A stretch of DNA of 37,016 bases from positions 1 through 37,016 of the IMG/VR virus record IMGVR_UViG_3300027744_000003. The stretch is one strand, 5' to 3'. Of this stretch, positions 1-7,232 are shown one piece after another. This stretch comes from a virus (Duplodnaviria; Caudoviricetes). Positions within the stretch are counted from its first letter, which is position 1. Each line of letters begins with the position of its first letter. Under the pieces are notes generated by a model that searched no databases, was not told where the DNA came from, and saw only the letters and a program-made list of their open reading frames with translations. The position numbers were made by a program, and so were the translations under genes.

Positions 1-127
1 ACTAAAGAAGAACAAAATGCAATTAAAGTTGCTGCAAAAGGTGGTCCTACACAAAACTTATTAAGATTTGTAGGTAAACTAGCTCCTACAGGAATTGTAT
101 CTGGTGGCGGTTCTGTTGGCTTAGGAT
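1..127. repeat. Terminal direct repeat, copy 1 (circular assembly overlap)
   Basis: Bases 1-127 (actaaagaag...ttaggat) are identical to 36890-37016, and the reading frame continues across the join. Confidence 0.97.
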
Positions 128-357
128 ACTTAGCTGGTGGTCCAATAGGTGCTATAGGTTTGCCATTAGCAGGTGGTATTGCTAGACAAGGTGCTACACA
201 ATTAGGTTTGCGTAACATAGAACAATTGCGTAATAGACTTGCTACAGGCAATGCTCCTATCCCACAAGTATCTACAAGAGGTCTTATTGGTGGTAGAGAA
301 TTAGCAGCTCCAATTATTAACCCTATTACCGGTTTATTAAACGAAGGACAACAATGA
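1..357 (+). CDS. C-terminal part of the ~521-aa putative internal virion/DNA-ejection protein that starts at 35681 and wraps the origin
   Basis: Frame 1 is open from base 1 (TKEEQNAIKVAAKGG...) to the stop at 357 and is in frame with the ATG at 35681 (36890-35681=1209). The track's 160..357 ORF is only its tail. Confidence 0.85.
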   Translation, partial: TKEEQNAIKVAAKGGPTQNLLRFVGKLAPTGIVSGGGSVGLGYLAGGPIGAIGLPLAGGIARQGATQLGLRNIEQLRNRLATGNAPIPQVSTRGLIGGRELAAPIINPITGLLNEGQQ

Positions 358-563
358 GTAACGAAATAGACCCAATACAATATGGTCAGCTAATTGCCCA
401 GGTTAGAAACCTACAAGACAAGGTAGATAGTATGGAAACAGACATAAAGTCGCTTCTAGAGCTTGCCAACAAGTCCAAAGGTGGTTTCTGGGCAGGCATG
501 GCAATCGCATCTGCTATCGGTGGCTTTATTACTTTTGTAACCAATCATTGGCTAGGAAAGTGA
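354..563 (+). CDS. Small coiled-coil protein with a C-terminal TM helix, holin-like
   Basis: ATGA overlap with the upstream stop; hydrophobic GFWAGMAIASAIGGFITFV; lies at the start of the lysis region. Confidence 0.55.
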   Translation: MSNEIDPIQYGQLIAQVRNLQDKVDSMETDIKSLLELANKSKGGFWAGMAIASAIGGFITFVTNHWLGK

Positions 564-889
564 AAACACTTGTTTATTTTACAGTTCTAGTAATATTTTG
601 GCTATTATTAATGGATACGCCATTAGCTAAAGAACTTGTAAAAGAAATGAGCATGGCTACAGAAGCAGGTGAAATAGTATTAACATCTGAAGAATGTACC
701 TTTAAAAAACAAGGTTTACAAGGTTATGACTATGCTGCCTATGCTACTGACAAAGGTCACCCTAACCATGAAGGTTGTTGGAAGTCTGACAACTATGAAG
801 GTAAACAAGCAGTTTATATTTATTTTCCTGAGATAAACCAAACAGCAGTATTTGACGCTAAACTATTTAAGCCTAAAGCCACGATATGA
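560..889 (+). CDS. Hypothetical exported protein with a signal peptide/anchor
   Basis: GTG at 560 overlaps the upstream TGA; N-terminus MKTLVYFTVLVIFWLLLMDTPLA followed by a domain with two Cys. Confidence 0.65.
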   Translation: MKTLVYFTVLVIFWLLLMDTPLAKELVKEMSMATEAGEIVLTSEECTFKKQGLQGYDYAAYATDKGHPNHEGCWKSDNYEGKQAVYIYFPEINQTAVFDAKLFKPKATI

Positions 890-1248
890 CAAGTTGGATA
901 AATGAAAATGCTATAGCAAATTTATATTCAGCTCTAATAGAAATGCCTATCTTTGATGAATACAAACTACCACCAGCTTCTAAAGTAGACTTTGTTATAG
1001 TGCATGATGAAAGTATATGCGGACAATACGAACCACCAGAACAAGGTGAACCTCATATCATTACTATATCTACTGCACGTCATGCTCATTTATACAGCGT
1101 TCTAGTAACTCTCTGCCATGAAATTATCCACATGGCTGTGTATACCGCATCCAAAAAAACAACCCAATATACCAGTCATAAAGGTTTATTTTTAAAATTA
1201 CAAAAGCGTGTAGCCAAGATGTATGGCTTTGACCCTAAGGAATTATAA
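886..1248 (+). CDS. SprT-like zinc metallopeptidase-domain protein
   Basis: TLCHEIIHM (HExxH), followed by SHKGLF resembling the SprT H-G-x-x-F motif. Confidence 0.7.
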   Translation: MTSWINENAIANLYSALIEMPIFDEYKLPPASKVDFVIVHDESICGQYEPPEQGEPHIITISTARHAHLYSVLVTLCHEIIHMAVYTASKKTTQYTSHKGLFLKLQKRVAKMYGFDPKEL

Positions 1249-1760
1249 TGGATATTGCAGAATTTTTAAGGCAATTAACAGAACAACAAAATACTCAACC
1301 AAATGCTACTAGCATAGGTAATGAAAACTTAAACTTAAATGCTTATACTAGACCTACATTAGGCGGTAATGTTAATGCTTATCAAGAAACTCCTGTTGGT
1401 TTATTAAGTGGAACTATTGGTAAAGAAGGCACAAACCCAATATATAAAGACGTTGCTTTAACAAACCAAAACTTTAGAGGTGGCATATTAAGTCAGGCAG
1501 ATAATGTTGCTCCTTATGGTGAATATCGTGATGGTAATGTTATGGCTAGAGTTATGGGCGGTAACTATCCTAATGCTTCTGCTAACTATACAACTCCATT
1601 AGCTGGTGGTCAATTTACCGGTGGTGCTAATTATAGTAACCAAGGTTTAGGTGTAAACGCAGAGTATGCAAAACAACTAAATGACTTTTTATTTAAAGCA
1701 GGAATAAATGTAACACCCAAAGAACAACAATTTTTACTTGGATTTGGAGGGCAATTCTAA
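1248..1760 (+). CDS. Hypothetical Gly/Asn-rich beta-strand protein
   Basis: Translationally coupled at both ends (taatg overlaps); alternating beta pattern ending FLLGFGGQF. Confidence 0.7.
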   Translation: MDIAEFLRQLTEQQNTQPNATSIGNENLNLNAYTRPTLGGNVNAYQETPVGLLSGTIGKEGTNPIYKDVALTNQNFRGGILSQADNVAPYGEYRDGNVMARVMGGNYPNASANYTTPLAGGQFTGGANYSNQGLGVNAEYAKQLNDFLFKAGINVTPKEQQFLLGFGGQF

Positions 1761-2149
1761 TGTTCGGTTCAATCGTATCTTTAATCTTACCAGCCCTAGT
1801 GCCAGCATTTGCTGACGGTGCTAGAGGTCTTATAGCCAAGTTTACAGGTGGTGCAGGTGGACAACCACAAAACATTACAGAACGTATAGAGCTTATGAAA
1901 GCAGAAGCAGAGAAGCTACAGGCTTTAGCTGCATTAGATACTCCTACCGGTGAACCTTCTAAATGGATTATAGACCTTCGTGCTTCATTCAGATATGTCA
2001 TCATTAGTGCCATTATGATATTTACCGCAGTTGTAGTATTTAACCCAGACATTGTAGGTGCTACTGTAGTAGCAGTATGTCTTGATATGACTGGTGCTTG
2101 TATGTCATTCGTTATTGGCGAAAGAATGTATCTTTCACTTAAAAGATGA
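1760..2149 (+). CDS. Putative holin (3-TM type)
   Basis: Hydrophobic N-terminus plus two C-terminal TM segments; WIIDLRASFR and FVIGER motifs; upstream of the putative endolysin. Confidence 0.6.
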   Translation: MFGSIVSLILPALVPAFADGARGLIAKFTGGAGGQPQNITERIELMKAEAEKLQALAALDTPTGEPSKWIIDLRASFRYVIISAIMIFTAVVVFNPDIVGATVVAVCLDMTGACMSFVIGERMYLSLKR

Positions 2150-2304
2150 TATTTTTAAACATACTTAACTTTGTTGGTTTATCTATACTTAAACTTATTA
2201 TAGTAGGACTACTATTTGTAGTTATGGGTATTGCTTTAGTATTTATGGCAGCTATGGATTATCTCACACGTGCATTGGAGTATATTAATTCTTATGTTAA
2301 TTGA
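2146..2304 (+). CDS. 52-aa membrane peptide (not in ORF track), lysis accessory candidate
   Basis: Read by hand: MIFLNILNFVGLSILKLIIVGLLFVVMGIALVFMAAMDYLTRALEYINSYVN. ATGA overlap with the holin stop; it fills the gap exactly. Confidence 0.7.
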   Translation: MIFLNILNFVGLSILKLIIVGLLFVVMGIALVFMAAMDYLTRALEYINSYVN

Positions 2305-2683
2305 AGTAAAAAGGTTTGAATTTAAAGATACGCATACTGTAGGTAAGATGTATGTAGACGGCATTTATGAATGTTACACATTAGAAGATGTAGTCAGAAA
2401 TGGCACTAAGGTTTTAGGTAAGACTGCTATTCCTATTGGTGAATATAAACTCATCATAGACGCTTCTGTACGCTTTAAACAAGACATGCCACACATACTA
2501 AACGTTCCTGACTTTACAGGTGTTCGTATTCATTCAGGCAACACTTCAGCAGATACAGATGGATGTATATTACTTGGCTCTACATGGGCAGGTAAAGACT
2601 TCATAGGTAACTCTAAAATAGCCTATAACAAGTTTTTTGACAAACTAAAGAAAGCTAAAACAGCCACTATCAAGATATGCTAG
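2294..2683 (+). CDS. DUF5675-family protein, putative endolysin (L,D-transpeptidase-like)
   Basis: CYTLED, TAIPIGEY and GVRIHSGNTSADTDGCILLG motifs (H...GC catalytic pattern). ATG at 2294 with GGAG upstream. Confidence 0.8.
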   Translation: MLIEVKRFEFKDTHTVGKMYVDGIYECYTLEDVVRNGTKVLGKTAIPIGEYKLIIDASVRFKQDMPHILNVPDFTGVRIHSGNTSADTDGCILLGSTWAGKDFIGNSKIAYNKFFDKLKKAKTATIKIC

Positions 2684-2784
2684 ATTATCTTATCTGCGAC
2701 ATTCTTTGTGCTATAGACCACTTTAAATATGTATTGCTCATGTTAATTATTTATCTAGTATATAATAAAGTATCTCAACGCTAG
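2677..2784 (+). CDS. 35-aa hydrophobic peptide (not in ORF track)
   Basis: MLDYLICDILCAIDHFKYVLLMLIIYLVYNKVSQR; overlaps the endolysin stop and ends at the next gene's RBS. Confidence 0.55.
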   Translation: MLDYLICDILCAIDHFKYVLLMLIIYLVYNKVSQR

Positions 2785-2793
2785 GAGAGCTAC

Positions 2794-3498
2794 TTGAAAT
2801 ATAAATCAGTTTTAGTTATATCTGACTTACATATTCCTTATCACCATCCAGATGCCTTTGCATTTCTAAAAGCATTAAAGACTAAATACAAGTTTGACCA
2901 TATAGTCAATATAGGTGATGAGCTAGACCAACACGCTATCTCTATGCACGAACATAACCCAGACTTATACTCTGCTGGACATGAATTAGAAGAGTCTAAG
3001 AAGCATGTCAAAGAATTAGAAAAGATATTCCCTAAGATGGTCTTAGTTCATTCTAACCATAGCTCTTTAGTTTATCGTAGAGCATTAAAGTATGGTATGC
3101 CTAAAGCCTACCTTAAGCATTACAATGAGTTCTTAGGCGTTGGCAAAGGTTGGGAATGGGTAGATGACCACACCATAACCCTAAGTGATAACTCTAGGTG
3201 TTTCTTCACTCATGGTATGTCTGCAGACGTTTTAAAGGTAGCCCAGCAGTATGGAATGAGTACGGTGCAGGGTCACTATCACACTAAATTTAGTATTGGA
3301 TATTACAGTAACCCAGATGCTCTTATTTGGGGGATGCAAGTAGGATGTTTAATACATCAAAAGTCTATGGCATTTGATTATGCTAAAAACTTTAAGAGTC
3401 GTTTTATTGTAGGTTGTGGAATTATTATCAACGGTCAACCAAAGCTAATGCCTATGGTATTAAAAGAGAATGGGCGTTGGAATGGTCATGTTTCTTAG
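2794..3498 (+). CDS. Calcineurin-like metallophosphoesterase
   Basis: SDLH, GDELD, SNH, THG and GHYH motifs in canonical order; AGGAG RBS before a TTG start. Confidence 0.9.
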   Translation: MKYKSVLVISDLHIPYHHPDAFAFLKALKTKYKFDHIVNIGDELDQHAISMHEHNPDLYSAGHELEESKKHVKELEKIFPKMVLVHSNHSSLVYRRALKYGMPKAYLKHYNEFLGVGKGWEWVDDHTITLSDNSRCFFTHGMSADVLKVAQQYGMSTVQGHYHTKFSIGYYSNPDALIWGMQVGCLIHQKSMAFDYAKNFKSRFIVGCGIIINGQPKLMPMVLKENGRWNGHVS

Positions 3499-3682
3499 GA
3501 CAATTATGCAACGGTCAGATGTAGAAGTTATCTGTAATCACATGCTAGGTAAAGTAATTGTATCTTGCGAAGCCTTACATGGCGATAGCACTATTGTCAT
3601 TCAACTAGATGATGACTCACTTATTGAAATTAGCGGTGAGGAGTTATCGCTTTATGGTGAGCTAACACCATTAGATGACTGA
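3470..3682 (+). CDS. Hypothetical protein (true start probably ATG at 3506)
   Basis: Last gene of the rightward unit; converges with and overlaps the leftward arm. Confidence 0.6.
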   Translation: MGVGMVMFLRTIMQRSDVEVICNHMLGKVIVSCEALHGDSTIVIQLDDDSLIEISGEELSLYGELTPLDD

Positions 3683-4032
3683 TACCAAGCATCTATATAG
3701 TCTTTTAATCCTTCTATACCATTACCAATAATAGCAAGTCTATCTTGAGTAACTTTATAAAAGTTATTTACTTCAGTTCCTGTATCATCACTATATCCGT
3801 ATATCATTAACACAGTAAACTTATCTTGGTCTGCTAATGCTTTTAACAGTATCTTTTGACCTAAAGATATATCTTCATCTTCACGCTTCCACTCTCCAAT
3901 GAGAAAGTTTCCACGTTTTTCAAAAACCATGTCAATGTTAGATGGCATAGCTTTTGGATTATCTAGTATTACACCTCTTAAAAATCCAAAGTCTGTATGA
4001 CTAGCATACGCATTACGCATAGCATTAGACAC
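3652..4032 (-). CDS. Putative PD-(D/E)xK nuclease-fold protein
   Basis: NIDMVFE...FLIGEWK...SLGQ resembles the D...ExK...Q pattern of VRR-NUC-like nucleases. Confidence 0.55.
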   Translation of the reverse strand: MSNAMRNAYASHTDFGFLRGVILDNPKAMPSNIDMVFEKRGNFLIGEWKREDEDISLGQKILLKALADQDKFTVLMIYGYSDDTGTEVNNFYKVTQDRLAIIGNGIEGLKDYIDAWYQSSNGVSSP

Positions 4033-4180
4033 AAATTATAATACCATTAGACCCTACTTGACAGACTGTTACAGAGCCATCAGGTGCTAGTATAGTAGTA
4101 GTTTGACCTAAAGCCTTTTCTGTTCCCCAAATAGCTAATGCAGCTAAAACAATAATAAATACCCAGTATATTTTATTCAT
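4025..4180 (-). CDS. 51-aa exported peptide (not in ORF track)
   Basis: MNKIYWVFIIVLAALAIWGTEKALGQTTTILAPDGSVTVCQVGSNGIIICV: signal peptide followed by a two-Cys beta hairpin; overlaps both neighbours. Confidence 0.7.
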   Translation of the reverse strand: MNKIYWVFIIVLAALAIWGTEKALGQTTTILAPDGSVTVCQVGSNGIIICV

Positions 4181-4448
4181 CATCAAACCTTTGTAACTGA
4201 GCTTCTAGTTCTGGTGGAATTTCTGCAGCTTCATCACGCATAACTTCTATTAGCTTATTCTTATACCATTCTGATTTATCTAAGTCTTGTGCAAAAGCAC
4301 CTTTAAAAGGATAACGTAAGTCATACTTCATCTTACAACCCTTTAGGTATCCAACAAACTCTTCCTTAGTCAAACGACTTTCAATCACATCTATTGTTTC
4401 AATCCCGCCTTGTAAATAGTGCGGTGGTCTATTCACTAAATCAACCAT
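4173..4448 (-). CDS. DUF3310-family protein (T7 gp1.7 nucleotide-kinase-like/SaV-like)
   Basis: VNRPPHYLQGGIETIDVI...GYLKGCKMKY.LR...KG...DLDKSEWY pattern; AAGGAG RBS. Confidence 0.85.
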   Translation of the reverse strand: MVDLVNRPPHYLQGGIETIDVIESRLTKEEFVGYLKGCKMKYDLRYPFKGAFAQDLDKSEWYKNKLIEVMRDEAAEIPPELEAQLQRFDDE

Positions 4449-4450
4449 TC

Positions 4451-4567
4451 CTATCTCCTTAAAAAAAATAAATCAATTAACTGATAACATCCATACGCAA
4501 ACCAACCCATACCACCAACAATCAACAACCATACTATCCAATCAATTACTTTTTCCAAAATTGCCAT
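4451..4567 (-). CDS. 38-aa single-TM peptide (not in ORF track)
   Basis: MAILEKVIDWIVWLLIVGGMGWFAYGCYQLIDLFFLRR; fills the gap between neighbours. Confidence 0.65.
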   Translation of the reverse strand: MAILEKVIDWIVWLLIVGGMGWFAYGCYQLIDLFFLRR

Positions 4568-4773
4568 GATTCTTTTCCTTTAAATAATCCATTACGTTCT
4601 CCATAAGGTGTAGGTTTAGGAAGTTTTATATAGCCTTGTCTTTCAAGACTTTTAAGCCTATAAAAATTAGTCACACAATCTTGAATGATATTTTTCATAG
4701 TGCAATCAGGATGACTATTTATATATGACTTAATAAAATTAGCTTGTCTTTGTTCATCTAGTTTTGTGTACAT
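4546..4773 (-). CDS. Small putative winged-helix protein, paralog of the adjacent gene
   Basis: YINSHP...RLKSLERQGYIKLPKPTPYG. Confidence 0.65.
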   Translation of the reverse strand: MYTKLDEQRQANFIKSYINSHPDCTMKNIIQDCVTNFYRLKSLERQGYIKLPKPTPYGERNGLFKGKESWQFWKK

Positions 4774-5023
4774 TATATTTCATCCCTGTTTTAGAAACAT
4801 TTACTTCAGCTCTATCAATGTTAAAATATCTAGCCCAATTGCTATTACTTCCTGTTGGCATTGGTTTTGGTAATGTAATTAACCCTTGTTTATCTAAATT
4901 TCTAATTCTAGCAGGATTGCCAAATGCGTGTAATATAACATGGTTTCTTCCTGCTGTAGGATGTTCTTCCATATATTTATTTACTATTTCTATTAACTGT
5001 TCATCAGTTACTTTAAACTGCAT
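4754..5023 (-). CDS. Small putative winged-helix protein, paralog of the adjacent gene
   Basis: YMEEHP...RIRNLDKQGLITLPKPMPTG. Start taken at 5023 (MQFKV); 5035 is also possible. Confidence 0.65.
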   Translation of the reverse strand: MQFKVTDEQLIEIVNKYMEEHPTAGRNHVILHAFGNPARIRNLDKQGLITLPKPMPTGSNSNWARYFNIDRAEVNVSKTGMKYNVHKTR

Positions 5024-5162
5024 CTTTAATTCCATGAGCTTGTTCTATAATTCTAACAAATTGTATCATTCTTTCTAAAGTCATTGGCTCATATCTTGTT
5101 GGAAATGCTTTGTTATAAGCCTTAATAATTTCTTCTTGTGTTAAAGGACTAGATTCCACCAT
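5013..5162 (-). CDS. 49-aa phage protein with the PLTxEEI...F.R.IE.AHGI motif (not in ORF track)
   Basis: MVESSPLTQEEIIKAYNKAFPTRYEPMTLERMIQFVRIIEQAHGIKDAV; GGAGG RBS upstream. Confidence 0.8.
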   Translation of the reverse strand: MVESSPLTQEEIIKAYNKAFPTRYEPMTLERMIQFVRIIEQAHGIKDAV

Positions 5163-5385
5163 AAGCCTCCACTAACTTCTTGCTATCGTATTTAGATATG
5201 CCTTTATATTCTTCTACAGGCTCACCTGCAAATAAAGGTGTTATCTTTATATGATGGGTTGTGTTCTTTAGGTCGTTTAAATACGAGAGTTGGTTGGGAT
5301 GAAATGACCACAAATAAGACTTCTTTAGGTCACCAGACTTAGTACAAAATTCTTCATACAGGAATGCAAGCGGTTCTTTTTTCAT
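5149..5385 (-). CDS. Hypothetical protein
   Basis: Coupled to the upstream stop (taatg); KEPLAFLY...TPLF pattern seen in phage early genes. Confidence 0.7.
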   Translation of the reverse strand: MKKEPLAFLYEEFCTKSGDLKKSYLWSFHPNQLSYLNDLKNTTHHIKITPLFAGEPVEEYKGISKYDSKKLVEAYGGI

Positions 5386-5768
5386 TAGTAAAATACCATC
5401 CTTTTTATGTGAATTACTTTCCTTTTACCAAACCATGTTTTTTTTGGCGGTATTGAGTCATCATGGAAATATAAAGCATTTGCCACTGGATTAGCATATT
5501 TATTATAAACAATCGTATCAATAACCAAAAGTTTAGTCTCCAGATACGTCCTTTCATTAACGGTAAGATGACGTTCATCCGTAACCCCAATAAACTGCCC
5601 AGAAGCATAAACAACAGAGCATACATCCCGACCCCAAAGACCACTATGAACCCTATTACGTATGACATTTATAACCCCTACCTTTTCTTGGATTGTTCTT
5701 GTATTAACCTCATGGTACACAGCCGTTGCATAACACGCTATATCTAATTCTAAGTTATGTATATCCAT
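5385..5768 (-). CDS. SleB-like cell wall hydrolase (Hydrolase_2 family)
   Basis: CYATAVYHE...VINVIRNRV...VCSVVY..GQF...ALYFH...W...I....FY. Confidence 0.85.
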   Translation of the reverse strand: MDIHNLELDIACYATAVYHEVNTRTIQEKVGVINVIRNRVHSGLWGRDVCSVVYASGQFIGVTDERHLTVNERTYLETKLLVIDTIVYNKYANPVANALYFHDDSIPPKKTWFGKRKVIHIKRMVFY

Positions 5769-5788
5769 TAGGTACCTTTCATGCTTTT

Positions 5789-5847
5789 CTTGTGTCTAAG
5801 AAATCCACACAAGCGTATAATTCTACTATAAATCTAAAAGAAAGGAG
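5789..5847 (+). promoter_or_regulatory. pqqA promoter/RBS region
   Basis: Perfect TATAAT at 5816-5821 and AAGGAG at 5842-5847. The inverted repeat cttgtgt-N11-acacaag (5789-5813) covers the -35 zone, which has no consensus hexamer. Confidence 0.6.
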
Positions 5848-5854
5848 AACTGCC

Positions 5855-5926
5855 ATGTGGACAACACCATCAGCAACTGAAATGCGTTTTGGATTTGAAG
5901 TAACCATGTACGTAATGAATAAATAG
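5855..5926 (+). CDS. pqqA: Pyrroloquinoline quinone (PQQ) precursor peptide PqqA, 23 aa
   Basis: MWTTPSATEMRFGFEVTMYVMNK has the MW..P....R.GFEVTMY family signature with E15-x3-Y19; strong RBS 7 nt upstream. Confidence 0.96.
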   Translation: MWTTPSATEMRFGFEVTMYVMNK

Positions 5927-5941
5927 CTCTAAAACGCACAT

Positions 5942-5964
5942 AAAGGGGTGTTAAACCCCTTTTT
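5942..5964. terminator. Intrinsic terminator after pqqA, possibly bidirectional
   Basis: aaaggggt-gttaa-accccttt-tt, between the convergent pqqA and SSB-like stops. Confidence 0.8.
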
Positions 5965-5967
5965 GCA

Positions 5968-6207
5968 TTAAAAAGGTACATCTGCATCATCTGCACCTTC
6001 AACAGCAGGTTTAAGTCTTTCATCAGTTGCAACCATTGCTACAGCCCCACTAATAAACTTACCATTAGCACCTTCTCTAATCCAACCTGATAAAGTAAAT
6101 TCAATACCATCCACGTTTAATTTTCCGCGGTAGTCTGGTCGTTTAGGATTATCACCTTTATCATTCTTATTTAACGTAAACGTGTTTTTATTGTCATACT
6201 CAGCCAT
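5968..6207 (-). CDS. Small ssDNA-binding-like protein (DUF736-like)
   Basis: KRPDYRG...LSGW...GKFISG with an acidic DDADVPF tail; follows the exonuclease and annealing genes. Confidence 0.7.
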   Translation of the reverse strand: MAEYDNKNTFTLNKNDKGDNPKRPDYRGKLNVDGIEFTLSGWIREGANGKFISGAVAMVATDERLKPAVEGADDADVPF

Positions 6208-6210
6208 ACA

Positions 6211-6834
6211 TTACTCCTTTAGTTTTAAAATTGTTTGGTCTACTTCGTCTAGGAACTTAATTACTTCTGCTTCTAATTCTGCTATGTAAGTATCATCTCT
6301 GTCAAGTCGCTTTACAAAAACTTGCAAAGGCTCAGGGAAATTTGGGTTGAAACTTATAAAATCTACCCACCTAGCACCGGTACAAGCCAACTGCCATTGC
6401 ATCTGAGGGACATATTTACTAGGAATTGATTTATTCATTAAGGTGTTTGTATGCGTAGTCTCCAAAGGGCATTTAATTTCTATAAGGCCTGCATACTTAC
6501 CTTCTTCTTCTGCATTTACAGCTCCATCTGGACTAGCACCAGTATTCTTAATAACAGGGTGGTCAAAAAAACCTACTTCAGTTACTATAGAATTAGTTTT
6601 GCTTTCATATAGTTTTCTTGCTATAGGTTCACGTTCAACACCATCTTCCATAGCTTTATTTGTAAATGAATCTGTTTTTTTACCTGTAAGACGTTCTGAT
6701 ACAAGTTGAATAAGATAATTTTGACGAGATGTAGATACACCTGTTTTAGTCTTAGCTATAACGTCACTAATGCGACTAGCGGTAACCTTACCTAGCCTTT
6801 GCTGAAACCACTCTTCGGTACCTTGGTTTATCAT
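6211..6834 (-). CDS. YqaJ/lambda-type exonuclease
   Basis: QGTEEWFQQRLGKVTAS, GASPDG, IEIKCP and YVPQMQWQL motifs. Confidence 0.93.
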   Translation of the reverse strand: MINQGTEEWFQQRLGKVTASRISDVIAKTKTGVSTSRQNYLIQLVSERLTGKKTDSFTNKAMEDGVEREPIARKLYESKTNSIVTEVGFFDHPVIKNTGASPDGAVNAEEEGKYAGLIEIKCPLETTHTNTLMNKSIPSKYVPQMQWQLACTGARWVDFISFNPNFPEPLQVFVKRLDRDDTYIAELEAEVIKFLDEVDQTILKLKE

Positions 6835-7232
6835 AGAAAGTCCTTGTTAGATACAGCTTTTAAAGCTGGTTGTTCTGACTCTGGAATATCTTCACCACTA
6901 TAAATATATAAGCCAATACCATGCAATGCAATAGCTTTAGCCAAACAACGCTGCATAGCTGTATTAACTGCCATAGCATCAGGGCTAGGAATAGCTTGAT
7001 TTCTAAAGTTAAGCACAGGTAATTGTGAAGTCATAGACTTATTAAAAGCATGGACTGTGCAGAATACCATAAGTGTTTCACCAAACTGTTTAGGTTCACC
7101 ATAAGTCCATGTAGCACTTGGGTCTTGCTGTAGAAGCGTGTCTACAGCCCAAGCCCATGATAGATAAGATAGACCATTCTTTTTCTCAATGTGGTCTGAT
7201 ACATTAATTTTGCGTAGTTCGTTATAGTTCAT
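6831..7232 (-). CDS. Sak3/DUF1071-like single-strand annealing protein
   Basis: IEKKNGLSYLSWAWA...VNTAMQRCLAKAIALHGIGLYIYSGEDIP. AGGAG RBS before the ATG at 7232; an in-frame upstream start exists at 7325. Confidence 0.85.
   Translation of the reverse strand: MNYNELRKINVSDHIEKKNGLSYLSWAWAVDTLLQQDPSATWTYGEPKQFGETLMVFCTVHAFNKSMTSQLPVLNFRNQAIPSPDAMAVNTAMQRCLAKAIALHGIGLYIYSGEDIPESEQPALKAVSNKDFL

Noticed and set aside
1-127. Biological direct terminal repeat
   Set aside because: It is exactly 127 bp, a common assembler k-mer length, and falls mid-gene. It is best read as circular assembly overlap; real termini cannot be determined here.
5726-5926. 66-aa ORF in the track
   Set aside because: It overlaps the SleB-like gene and a promoter. 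The RBS and family signature place the real start at 5855 (PqqA).
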